Assembly: GCA_003971905.1 (NCBI GenBank) | Contig: RSEE01000075.1 | Coordinates: forward strand, 1-64,000 | DNA from: Moniliella sp. 'wahieum' | Lineage: Eukaryota | Length of the DNA: 64,000 nt | Reading direction: 5' to 3' | Part shown: positions 24,714-37,257 of the stretch, piece after piece | How the letters are laid out: every line of letters begins with the position of its first letter | Position numbering within the stretch: the stretch's first letter is position 1 | Made by a program: the position numbers and the translations under genes | Notes under the pieces: model-generated | Told to the model about the DNA's origin: nothing | Databases searched by the model: none | Seen by the model: only the letters and a program-made list of their open reading frames with translations

Positions 24714-27459
24714 ACAGGAGACCGAGGAGGTTGTCGTATCATCGTCGCACCCGACCATTCCCACCATTCCCACCATTCCAACCGTTCCAACCGTTCCAAC
24801 TAGTTCGACCGGTTTTCCCGGCTCGACCGTTCCCATCGTTTCTTCTTTGCCCCACTCTCCTTCACCCATCACCGACCTGTTTTGCTCGGTCTACCCTCAC
24901 CTTTGGGCCGGGCCATAATCACCGGAGCGAAAAGTACCTCATTACCTCGATCCTTTCGTTTTGATTCCCGTCACCTTCTTCATTTTTCCTCCTCATTTTT
25001 AATCCTTCATTCTTCCTCCTGCTTCTTCCTCGTGCCCGTTTCCTCTTTACTAATTACTGATTTCCGGTACACCGGGGAAGGAGCTTGCCTCTCTTGCCTG
25101 TCCAACTTAGTCAAGTTGGCTCGAACTTTTGGCATTGTTGCTGGCCGCTTTCCGCACCCTTGCTCCCCTTTCCTTTTGATTTTACCTAACCCTTCCTGTG
25201 GTTGAGCCTCTAAGGCCCCTGCTCGAGGCTTGACGTCGTTGTGTTACCTACCCCCTGCAACGTCTTTTCTCCTATCTTTCTCTTTCTCTTCCTTTTCCTC
25301 TTATACTTCTACCCTCTTTAATTGTCCTGTGCTACCTGTTCTGACCTGACTTGCCTTGATTGATTCTGTCCTGTCCTTCTGTTTTGTTCTGTTCTGTTCT
25401 GCGTCGTTAACAAGCTCTGCTGCGTTTTGGTGTATAGAGCGCGTATGCGGTCGTGTGGGGTTTTGCGAGAAGGGCGAGAGAATTCTTCGCCTCGAGGGCC
25501 CTCTGTTCCTTGCTGCCCTGAGGGTAGCGGAAAGTTGCTGAGTTGATCTCGTTGCCTATATCGTTTCTTGCTTTTTCTCTTTGCGTTTAGGTCTATTCGA
25601 TTTGGCCTGGATTGTCCTTGGCCCAGATTTGATCGTATAATCCCCCTAGGACGGTTCCTTTCCTCTTTTAGTTCTTTGGATCTTCATTCGTTTTTCGATT
25701 CTTTTCTTTCTTTCTTCGGTTTACTTCATTCAACAGTCGTCTCCATCACTTGGTATGAACCTCCTTTTTTCTCAATATCCATCCCACCTATTTTGTCCTG
25801 TTCTTTGCTTTTACCACAGTAACTACACGATCGACCAACGCGAGTTGGGCTGGTTCATGTCCGAACCTAGTACAACAATCACCGACCCAATCGTGGCTGT
25901 CTGTCTGCATTGCTCTCGCCTCAGGCCTCACCAGCCTGTTTGATGGGGAGATCACCACAGACTGTCGCGATGCGCACGTAACGCTCATGCGTTCTTGCCC
26001 CTTCGCCCTATCAGGGGCAACTACATCCACTTGTGTTGCCACGCTCAAGCCGACACGCTTCCCCCAACACCCATGACAACTATTCTCGGACTTAGTTGTG
26101 TACGACTCGGCTCAGCGCTCACCCGAGATCGCCTTCGGTTCCCCGTTGGGCCGAGGAGGGTGCGGTAGGATATAGCACTTCGTGGTGGTAATAGAGCTTT
26201 GGCGCGGGAAGTCAGGCCCTAGTAAGTTGGGATTGGCCGAATGGTGAACCAGTGAACGTGGTGAACGTTCGTTCACGTTCAACGTTGATCATCTCAACGT
26301 TCAACCTTGAAGCTTGAAGCTTAAAGCTTAACCACCAATCTGAGAATTTAGTCGAACTTGGAACATACATCTCGGAGAAGCAGATCTGGACCCTAGCAGG
26401 GGGCTACCCCCGCCTACGCCCGTATGCGTCGGGGAAATACAAGGGAACAGTCTTCCCCATTGTTTCAGGCGGGCATGCCGAGTGGGTTATTTGAACGGAT
26501 TGAACGGATGGGGTCGATGATGTCGATGTCGATGAAGGTGCACCATCTTCGATGGAAGGCAGGAATGGCAAACGAGTTCAAACTCTTCCACCAAAGGTTG
26601 AACGGCGATCGCTGAGCACTGAACGTGAACAACCTCAGCGCTGAACAAAGTCCTCCGTTGTCCGTTGAACCAATTCTCAACGTTCAAAACGTTCTGCATA
26701 CTCTCAACAACTGTATCGTACGTACGGGGTACTAGACCAAGTTGCCAAGTCTGTAACGAACACCCCCATCAACGTCAACGCCAGCGTCATCAACAAGAGA
26801 TGAAGCCAGAACAGCATTGGAGTGAGCTAGTGAGGCCTAAGGCCTGAGGATCTGAGGGTCTCAGGATTGAGGGCGAGACGAGCGTAGGACGTTGTTTGGA
26901 AGGTGTGGCGGTGCTCACAGGATGGGCTGAGAGTTTTCTCATGATGAGTGCATTCGTTCTCGGTACACCATGTGTCCGTGCTCTACTCAGTACCACCCAG
27001 TACGATCAGTCCCAGTAGAGAAGATGCCTTTGCGACGAATAGCGACGGGACTCCAAGAACATATGCGGGCTACGATCATTATCGATCACACTGATCATTC
27101 GATCATTCGAGCACATTCGATCACTCCATCAGGAGAATAGGTAAAACGAACCAGATCCCCATCCATCTCTCCCGCCGGGGACGCCTCCATATCGCGCATC
27201 CGCGAATCTCACGATCGCGCTCTCCTGCCTCTTCGCACGGGAGGTGGTGTGCATATATGTATGTGTGTGTGTGTGAACTAAGAACGACAACGCGGCCCCA
27301 CCAACTGCGAAGGAAACGAAACAGCATAACATGGCCAGTGTCAACCGACCACGACCCGCTACTGCTTATATTGAAGCTTGAAGCTTGGGCCCAACGAAGC
27401 GGTTGACCAGACGCTCGCTTCCCAGACGTCTGCCCTACCAACATTCCATCTTCACATTA

Positions 27460-27871
27460 TCAGACCGGTCTGCAGTGGGGGCGAACTATCCAGCACCTCA
27501 TTCTTGACTCTTGCCCTTGGACATTCTGTACGCCCGTTGGGCCGCCATCGACCACATCCCAAAGGTAGCTGGCCGACGCTGCGGGCGCGAGCCTGTACCG
27601 GGGAACCATTCCTTTCGATACGAGGCAGTTGGAGTCGGGGAGTGGGGGTAACTCGGACAAAATGGACATGTCGTGGAGGCGTGCCGGAGTGCGACCGCCG
27701 GGAAAGGCGCCGGGGGTGGGGGCGGGTGTCATAGGCGAGCCCAGCTCCGGCGACGGGGGTGGGAGGCCGCCAGAGCGGCTGGGATGGGTTTCGGTTTTAC
27801 GGGACATACCAAGGCCCGTGGCGTCAAGATAACTGTGGTGGGGTGTGGAAGAAGCCTCTCTCGTCATCATG
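27460..27871 (-). CDS. Small hypothetical S/T-P-rich protein
   Basis: ATG directly after repeat copy B; LPPPSPELGSPMTPAPTPGAFPG looks protein-like; no family recognised. Confidence 0.3.
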
Positions 27872-27980
27872 TGGTAGGCGGGCAAGGCAAGGGAGGAGAT
27901 GGTGTGGATGCAATCCGGGCAAGACAGCCCGGAGCAACAGGAAGGGAGGGACAGAGGCGGAACGGGGCCGCCTCGCACAA
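27870..27980 (+). repeat. Dispersed intergenic repeat, copy B
   Basis: Same-orientation homolog of 19547-19667. Confidence 0.85.
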
Positions 27981-29398
27981 GCGCTCGCTCCTATTCGACA
28001 CGGCCGGGTGGGGGGAGAGGCGTTCTTGGATACTACAGCGGGTTTTGGCAGGGGTGGTCAGTACGTCATTGAACGTAGGTTGAGCTGAAGATGGGGAGAT
28101 GTTGTGACATACATGGGATGCCGTACGCGGGGCGAGCACGACGGGGTGGCGCAAGCCGACTAGCAATTAATAAACCTGGCGGAGAAAACCCACCCAACTC
28201 GGTGTCAATTCAAATCCTTCTCGTGGTCTCTCGCCCGCCGCGGTTGGATGGGGCTGGGCATGTGATTCGATCAGGGGATCAAGAAGTGCTTGCGCTGCTT
28301 GTCCAATGGAAACGGATGGGGGTTACCAGTTCATGGCTTCTTCATGCCAGTGACCTCTTTCGATGGGGCCTTGATCCGGGGGGCTTGGATGGTGGTTTGT
28401 ACCTGTCACATGGTCACAGCCGGGGCTCCGGTGCGCCGGACGAAACGTGAGGCGAGGGAGACGGAAGGTGATCCGAACGGCGGGTCGACGGTAGTGGGAT
28501 GGCGCTGTGTGGGGGCCTGTTGTGAGGCGCACGTTGAGGTGCGGGAGTGTGCTTGCTTGAATGGGCAAGAAGCGGAGGCGGGAAGGACAGACGGCGGGGC
28601 TAGGCGGTCCGGGCGGTGCGCTGAGGCTGAGTGTTGCGGGGCCAGCGTGAGAAGAGGGGGGTGCATCGAGGGACCGAGATAAGCGCTAAGCGCTCCCAGG
28701 CATCGATCCTCGAGACAACCGCACGGGGTGGCTGTGGCCAGTCGCCGGATCATCGACCGTCAGGCATCACCCAGCGCCAATCGATCGCGCTTGATCAGGG
28801 CGTGTTGCTAATCAGCGGCGGCCACGCCATCCTCAACGCATGCATGCATCGCACAATCCTAATCGCCACTTATCAGGGCTCGCCTGCATGCATCACCCAT
28901 CCCCCGGCGCCCGGCTGATGCGTGGCCCGCGTGCTGAGGCTCTGCGCCAGCCCCCCCCCCCCCGCCAGCCACCGCAGCCCGCCACCCACACTCGCCCCGT
29001 GCGGCCCACACGCACGCGGACAGGAGGCAGCCGCTGCTAGGGTTGGGCCTTGGCAGCGCTGCTCGCGGCTCGCAGCTCGCAGCTGTCCTGTGTTGTGCTC
29101 TGTCTCTGACGCGGCTGCAGGGCGGCCGTGTCATGTGCAGCACACCCGCCCAGTGCCCCCAGCGCACGCCGTCCCTGGCGGGCACAGCGCCAGCCTTGCT
29201 GTGATGCATGCTCGCTCACGCCTCCGATCTCAGACCTCATCCGCGCGGCTTTGCTGGGCTGCTGCTGCTGCGGCCTCCTCCCCGGCCCATCGCCGATTAG
29301 TCGATTGGGCCAGCGAATACTCGCCGCCTCCACCGCCATCTCCCCTGCCCCGCTCGCCATCCGCCTGCCCATCCCCGCCGCCCAGCTCGCCCGCCGAC

Positions 29399-32300
29399 AT
29401 GCTCTCCATGTCGTCGCCCCCGCTCCCCGTGCGGGCGCACGACGACCGCTCCCGCCTCCGCCTCTCCGCCCCCCCCGCCTCCCCGCCCGCCTCCGCCCGC
29501 CCAGCCCCGCCGCCCCCCCGAAACCCCCATCCCCCGCCCCTCTCCTCACCCCGCCCCCAGCGCCCCCTCCCACCCCCCCCGCGTGTCTTCACCCGCCCCG
29601 CGCGCTCCGCCCTGCGCCGCCCATCGACGGTGTGTGCCCCCCCTGCTCTCGCTCTCCGCCGCCGCCCGTCGACGCAGCTGCTGACCTCGTCTTCTGTCGC
29701 GCCACAGCAGCCACTCCCCTCCTCCGCACAGCAGCCACTCCCCTCCTCCGCACAGCCCCCACCCCCCCTTAGCGCCCCTCGTCTCCTCCCCCCCACTGCC
29801 CCCCCGCCTGCGCGCGCACCGCTGGTGCGCAGCACCTCGGCCCAGACCCCGTGCTTGCCCGACCCCCTCCACCCCTTTGTGCTCTCCTCGCCCCCCTCGC
29901 CCCTCGCCCTCGCCCCCTGCTCCTCCCCCCCCGCACCCGCTTTCCCTTCCGCGCCGTATCCTCCTCCTTCTCATCCCCCGTCCCATCCTTCCGCCGCCGC
30001 ACCCCACCACCACCGCTCCATGCCCATGCGTCCCACCACATCTCCTTCCTCAGCGACACGTCCGCCCCCCGCTTCTCTTCCCAGACCCTTCCCCATTCCT
30101 CCCGGCCAGGCACGCTGGACGCGTGCTCGTCTGCCTCGCCCCGACGAACCGCCTCGGCGGCGTCGTGCCCTCCTTCATCCTCCGCGCCCGTGCCGCTCAA
30201 CGCGCCGAGGGATCCGCCAGCGGAGACGACCTGTTTGTCCTTGTCCTTGTCCCGCCAAACGTCGGGGGCCGAATCGCTCCGGGCAGTGAGCTCGCCCGGT
30301 GGGATGAGCTCCTTGGACACGAGCCACCACCCGTCCCGCTCCCGCAGGGGGGGTCCCTTTCGCGCCTTTTTCCGCCGCCGGCAAACCCAGTCCTCCCTAC
30401 CGTCTGCAGCCCCGAGCGACGAGGACGAACCGCCAGCCGGCATGGACGGCGCACAAGAAGATGCCGCAGCGACCTACGACACGTCCGGACGGTTTGACTT
30501 GCCTGCCATGGGCACCTCCTACCCCGGCACCATCGCCAGTACGTCGCCCACCACCACTCAGCTCGACTTGACGCCGTACGAGGAGGCCCAGGCGCCCCAT
30601 TTCGGCCTGAACATGGAGAATGTGGAAGCGCGGCGGCTGCCGGATAAGCCGTCGGGGGAGACGACTGATTTTGTCTACACGTCCCTTCCGCCCTTTAAGC
30701 TGCCTGGCAGCGGCACCCTGCAGCCCATCCCCAACGAGTCGCCCACTCGCTTTTTCCAACGGGCCGTGGTCAACGCCGCGCCAGGGGACATTATTTCGCG
30801 TCTCTTCCTATGCCGATCCCTTTTATCTCGCTGCCCTTCGTGCTGGCATGGAGCGCTATGACTATGCCGGCGACCCAATCGACATGGCGATGCGCAAGTT
30901 TTTGCTGAACGTTTCGCTGCCGTCGGAAGCTCAACAGATCGATCGCGTGTTGGAGGCGTTTGCCGTTCGCTATACTTTCTGCAACGCTGACATCTTTACG
31001 GACCCAGGTATGCTGCCTTTCCTTTCGTTTCTACCGTAGAACCCAGACCGCAGTTCCCAGACCCGTCATCTGACCCCTACTCTCCGTTTTCCCAGACTCG
31101 CTCTACATCCTCGCCACGTCCATCATGCTGCTCCACACGGACCATTTCAACAAGAACCTCAAGTCCAAGATGAGCAAGGCGGACTATGTCAAGAACACGT
31201 CGGGCGTGATGCCGTTGATGCAGGCGGGTGTGATGCTAGAGTATGTGTACGACAATGTGACCTGTGCTCCGTTTGTCTACCCCGACCAGGAAGGACAAGA
31301 AACGGGTCAAGGGCAAGCTCAATCCGTACGCGCTGCTTTCGCACAACCGCTACCGTGACTTGGCCTCGGACTTTGCTCGACTGTTTACGCTGCAGCCCAC
31401 GTTGGCCGTCGATCACGATTATACGACATTGGATGCAGCCAAACTGCTACGTCATTTTTGAGTCGCCCACCATCCGTACGGCCAGCTACATGGCCTCTCC
31501 CATCGCCATGGCATCGCCCTCTGCGCTGGCCGTGTACACCTCGGGCCAAATCCCACAGACCGAGGTGATCAACACGGTGCGGGTCACCAAGCTCGACCTG
31601 CTCCAAGGGCGGGAAGAGTCCGATTCCATCTCGGTGCGCAAACCAGTCGCGTCCAACTGGTCTTCCTCCAGTTCGCGCACGCGACGCTGGGGCTTGCTGT
31701 TGACCAGCAGCCAGTTGGCCATCTTTAAAGACGCGTCATATGGGGACATGTTACTGCGGCACCTGGCCAAGTGCGCGCAGGACGCCAAGAAGGCCGACGA
31801 GGTGTTGCCTAACTTTGCGCCCGACTGTCTCTTGCACCTGTACGACGCAGTGGCATTTTGCGACAGCGAGACGGACCGCGTGCCCAACGCGTTCAAGGTC
31901 CGCGCCGACAACCCCAACACGGGCGTCCAGCGGCTCTTTTTCTTCCAACCTTCTTCCGCGGCCGAGCGGACAGACTGGATGGCGAAAATCAACTTTGCCG
32001 CCACCATGCGCTGGGCCGGGGTGAAGAAGGTGGATGGCGTGTCGAAGGGGGAACTGATCGCGTTGGCGCGCATGCGCCGCGGCTCGGCCGCCACCGCTCT
32101 GTCCTTGTCTGGCAGTGGCACCGGCAGCGGTGCCGGCAGCGGTGCTGGTGCCGGTGCAGGAGCGGGCGTGGCGCACCGCAACAGTGCGGTGACCACGAGC
32201 AGTGGGGGCAGCAAGGCGTCGCAGCACCGGCCCAGTTCGTCCTCGGTCCGACGGGCGAGTTTTTCAACGACGTGGGGAGCGAGACGGTGGGCCAGCGCGA

Positions 32301-33192
32301 GTCGATGCGCGAGTCGCGTCTGGCCGAGCTGGAGGCCAAGTTTGAGGCCAGGCTGCGGTGGGCGAACGGAGTGATCGAAGCGGGCCAGGAAACGATGGAG
32401 ATGACACAGCGCACCGCACGGCACTTTAGTATCCTCACCCCGCTCCAGAAGAGCACGCGCGACCGTCTGATGCTGAGCGCTGTGCACTGGGCCAACCACC
32501 TGAACCAGCTCTACCTCACCACCTTCAAAGCGCATCTCCGTCGCCATCTTGCTCTGTCCCCTCGACGCGCCCCCCACGCCCACGCCCACGCTCACCCCGT
32601 CCCGCCGCTCCTCCACCGCACATAGGACCACTTCCCACCCGTTCGGTTCCTCCCCGCCAGGCGAGTACAGCTTGCCTGCGCTCCAGCGCCAGCTCAACGC
32701 TTTCCGCTTCACCCCGCTCTCCTCCGACCCCGCCCTGCCCCCCTTTGACCACCGCCGTCTCTCGGCCACACAACAGCAGCAGCACACCATCTGCCACAGG
32801 ACCAGCACCAGCAACCGCACCCGCAACGACGGCTGATCGCACCCGCGCATCTCCACCTTGGCGAGCCCCACGGACCATGGCCGTCACCCGCCGGTTCGCT
32901 CTGCCTCGACCGGCACCCCTCCTCATTCGTTTGCGCTCTCTGGCGTCCCGCCCAGCCTGGGCACGGCGATGGACCCCGCGCTGGCCTGGTCAGCTGCCTC
33001 GCCTTTCCTGCCTGGACCAGGGTCGGGACTGGGTCGGGACCAGGGTCGGGACTGGGTGTGGAGGCGTTGGCGCCCTCCCCGGCTCCCATGCCCGAGCCCC
33101 TTAGCCCACTTGACCAGGACCCGCGCGACCTACGCGACCAGCAAGAACGGGACCACAGGGAGCAAAGCGAGGGACACCAGCAGCCTGCCTAA
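29399..33192 (+). CDS. Sec7-domain ARF guanine-nucleotide exchange factor with PH domain (Syt1-like)
   Basis: DPIDMAMRKFLLNVSLPSEAQQIDRVLEAFAVRY; IMLLHTDHFNKNLKSKMSKADYVKNT; PH-like RRWGLLLTSSQLAIFKD...DWMAKINFAA; Pro-rich N-terminus; ends approximate. Confidence 0.9.
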
Positions 33193-34199
33193 CTGCTTGA
33201 GAGGACGCTGGACCAAGACGCGGAGCAGGACCACGTACACGAAGATCGCGTGGGTGGGCGCACGCGTGCCCCCCCCCCCCGTTCGGGGTGCCGGCCGCCG
33301 GCGTCTTGCTCTGTCTGTCCTAGCCTCCCCGTGGGTGTGAGGGGTGGGGGAGGGGGTGTCTTTGTATTTGTACAGCCTCTTGCTCTGGTGTTGGAGAATC
33401 AACTTGGTCCCCCCTCCGACCTTTTTGTCTTTACCCCTTTTCCTTTCCTTTTCCTTTTCCTTTTCCCTTTCCCTTTCCCTTTCCCTTTCCGTTTCCCATG
33501 TGGATCCACCGCCTTTCCCCGTCACATATTCATACCTCCCATGTACCCCTCCCTCCACACCTCCCACTTCTTCGCCCGCTTTCATCTCTGCATCGCACCC
33601 GCCGCTTGGCACCAATATCTATTCTCGAATCTCCTTTGCCGTATTATGCTTGTTTGGGCGCTGAGCCAGTGCCTCTCGTAGCTCCCCATCTACTGTTCCA
33701 AAGTGCCAAACCGCAGTGGGGGGTGTACCCGAGGCGGTACGTGGCATGGGCTGGACAGTGCATGTGAGCGATCGTACAAAGCGAGGCAGAAGACAAGGCA
33801 GAAGCGTGGCAGGGCTCCAGGGCTCCAGGGTTAGATACAGAGTGCTGTATGTCGTAGTAGTATAGTGCGGAGCTGCTAGCCTTCAGGACGAGAACGTACG
33901 CTTCCGTTGCTCACAAACGATTGTTTGCGGATGAGTATGACCCCAAAACTGACAGCTTCAGTCCCACCGTGCAACGATGACTAGATGACTACCGACTTGG
34001 ACGATCCCTAGGACCCGACGTGTATCTGGCTATTCCTATTCCTCCTCCTCCTCCTCCTACTCCTACTACTACTACCACTATTACTACTACCATCCCTCCA
34101 CTTGTTCCACTCCGCCTTTCGGTGCCCCATTAACCCTAAGACCCACTGTCGCATGTCTAGTCACTAGTCACTGGTCCACTTTTTCCAGCCCAATCACAG

Positions 34200-36490
34200 T
34201 CAAAGCACAACCAAATCCCAATCCCACTTCCAATCCGACGCTGCCGCACTGGCACGGCTATAGAGCATCGAAGCCTGCGCGGTCCCCTTGTCTCCCCCCA
34301 CCGGGCCGCGAGCGATCCATACCGGACCGTACGGGCCCCAGGTGTTGGCGAAGACAAGCGTACACGTTACACTGGTACATAAGGGTACACGGTAGGAGGG
34401 TACGAGGGTACGAGGGTACGAGGGTACGAGGGTATGGATATCGAGGTGGATCGGGAAGCAGGGAGGGAGATACGAAGGAACGAAACAAGGGCACGGTGGA
34501 CACGACTGCGGTAGTGCTGTTGTGTGCAAAGAACGGTGTGTGCGAAGACGGGGCCGGGCGGGGGGGGGGGGTGTGTATGACCACGTTGCGGTGGATGGCC
34601 AACGCAAGCTTCGCCAGGTGAGAGCCAAGAGCATGAGGTAGCCAAGAGCGGGGCAACAGGAAGAAGGAGGCTCAGTAGGCACCGGACTCACTTGAGGCCT
34701 GCCCCACAAATCAAGTCCAACCACAACCACAAGTACGTACGTCCACTTGAGCTTACCGCTTACCCATACAGCGAATCGGCGCATTGGGCCAAGGTGAGCG
34801 AAACGTAGCCGAGCAAGCACCGCACGGGGTCGGGAGGCACAGGTCGAGAGGTAGGATAGAGCATCAGGTCGGCCGGGGCATGGACGGACTGGGACCGAGC
34901 GCACCGCACCACACGCGACACGCTCCCCCCCGCCCCACGCATCGACCTCGTGCCCATCCCACTTGTCCCACCCCTCCCTCGACCGGAACCGATACGGGAC
35001 CCTGTACCGGACCCGGGACCGGAAACCGAAGCCGAAGCTGAGCCGGAGCCTGATCCCGTCGAGCCCAGGGAACTAACACTGGGCCGCTCACCACCTCGCG
35101 AGTGTGGAGCCACGTGCGCGCTCCCCTCCGTCCGACCGCGCATCACGCCCACTTCCAACACTTGGCCCGCGGGACCGTACCCGCCAAGAGCACCAACTGC
35201 GTCACGTCCCATGTGCGACGCACGCCCTTAGCTGCCGCAGCTAGTACCCCGGTCCCGCCTTCGGCTCGCCAAGCTCGTCCCCTCCGCCGCCAGGCGCGGC
35301 GCAAACCATAGGGTGCCGGGTCCGGGGTGCGTGCCAGCGAAGTGCGGCTGTCCTCGGTCCGCGCAAGGGGGGCGGGGGTGGTCACGGTTGAGGGGGAGGG
35401 TGGAGAGCCAGGTATAGGGGGAGGTACGGTGGTCAAGATGGTGGGTGGGACGGCAACGGGGGAGGAGAGGTGGTAGAACGAAGGTAGTGCTGCAACGCTT
35501 GGACCACCAGTGGGTCCCACGCTAAGGCACACTCGCTCGGTTCGTGCAGCGGGAGGAACATGGGTTGGTCTGGGACGTGCGGCGGCGGGGCGGAGCGGGC
35601 TGTGCCACCGGGCCGGACACGGTGGAACAGGTACACGAGGCAGGCCGAATGGTCTCGTTCCTGTCGTTGGTCGTGGTGGTCGCGCTCGTTGTATGGTCGT
35701 GGTGTCGGTCGTGGTGCGAGTGGTGCAAGTCGTGTGAGTCGTGTGAGTCTCGTTCGGCACGGTGGGAGGGGGAGGAGAGACCAGCGAAGTGGACCAAGAC
35801 CAGTGCAGCCTCCCACCACACCGACCTGGCAGGCGGCGTACCGCTGCACACAGCTCAGTCCAGCGCAGCAGCAGGTGCGCCAGCGCTTGCACGCCCAAGG
35901 CAATTTTGGTTTCGCATGGCGTTGGTGCTGGATCAGGCGAGGGATAGGCAGCGCCTGCGCCTTGGTCTGGGCCTTGGTCTGGGCCGTGGTCTGGGCCGTG
36001 GTCTTGGCCTTGGACTTGGACTTGGTCTTGGACTTGGTCTTTGGCTGCGGCGTCGGTGTCGGCTTGGGTAGTGGTCCCCACGCCAAAGCGGTCGCCTAGG
36101 GAGGACAAGGACCGAGATGCGGTGGAGGAGCTCGCGTCGGACAAGGGCTCGGCGGTCGGAGTGGGCGACGGCGGGAAGCGGTGGTTTGCTCTGTTTTGGT
36201 AAGGGGGAGTGGGAGTGGGAGTGGGAGTGGGAGTGGGAGTGGGAGTGGGAGTGGGAGTGGAAATGAGAATGGGAATCCGAATGAGAGTCAGAATGGAGAG
36301 AGACGGGCTGGGGCGGAAGGAGGCGTTTTGGGATGGGCGCTGGGGGCTGGGGCTGGGTGCTGAGGGTGTGGTGGGCGGCGCGGGGTGGGCGAATGGGGTG
36401 GAGGAGGGGGGCGGTGGATGGGCTGGTGGTATGGGGGGAGGTGTATTCGTCGGCGCTGATGGAAGGCCGGGCAGAGCGGAAACCGACCAT
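34200..36490 (-). CDS. Hypothetical low-complexity protein (multi-exon)
   Basis: ATG at 36490 (MVGFRSARPS..); protein-like segments in ORFs 35933..36490, 35143..36144 and 34760..35212; GTAAGC and GTGAGT donors near 34755 and 34692; 3' end uncertain. Confidence 0.4.
34396..34434 (+). repeat. Octamer tandem repeat (GAGGGTAC)x~5
   Basis: Read directly from the sequence. Confidence 0.9.
36205..36260 (+). repeat. Microsatellite (GGGAGT)n
   Basis: Read directly; encodes HSHS on the minus strand. Confidence 0.9.
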
Positions 36491-36611
36491 GGTGATGGGG
36501 ATGGGGGTGGGGATGGCGATGGCGATGGCGATGGTGATGGCGATGGCGATGGCGATGGCGATGGCGATGGGGGTGGGGGTGGTGATGGCGATGGGGTTGG
36601 CGATGGCGATG
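36488..36611 (+). repeat. Microsatellite (GGCGAT/GGTGAT)n
   Basis: Read directly; a similar tract lies at 42640-42698. Confidence 0.85.
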
Positions 36612-37257
36612 TGAATGAAAATGGGAATGGCCGTGGCGGAGGCAGACGAGCAGACAGGACGAGAAAGGGCTGAGACTCGAGGGCGGATGGCGAGTACGCT
36701 CCTCCACCGACGTCATCGCTCCTCGTGTGGATTCCAACATTTCAACACGCGGGGGGATGAGAGGGGGTTGGCATGCGACATGTGATGTGGCGTGTGATAG
36801 GGGTGGACATGGGATGTGGCGTGTGCTAGGCCATGTGATACCGCAAGCGCGGGGTAGCATCATTTAATGCCCGGTCGATGGCACGCACAAGCCCCGCCGC
36901 TGCCGTTCTCTCTCTCCCCTGCAGCGCCCCTGCAGCGCCCACGCAGCGGCTGTGGACGCCGGCGGGAGGCACTGCTTGTAGTGCAGGACGCTGCCGCACC
37001 CGCCCTGTGTGCGCGCGGCGTTATGCATGCCGGTGGGCCCCCGTGCAGCGCTGGTTTGCCAACGCACAAGCAAACACAGCATACACACGACGCATGTACG
37101 CCCCCCTGCGTGGTGGGTGCTGCTTGCTGCGGCTGGCGTTCTTTTGTGCGCTTCTCCCACCCCCACCACCTCCTCCCCTCTCCTCCCCCCCTCTCCTCCC
37201 CTCTCACACCACCTTCTCTTGCCGTCGCGCCAACTCCTAGTCCGTCTGTTGCCCAGC

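Noticed and set aside
22824..24872. 682-aa minus ORF and similar long antisense ORFs (13744..14487, 31486..32871, 59824..61182)
   Set aside because: Shadow ORFs opposite real genes in high-GC DNA
25185..25193. Interstitial CCTAACCCT
   Set aside because: Short match in a pyrimidine-rich tract, with none of the direct-repeat flanks; expected by chance
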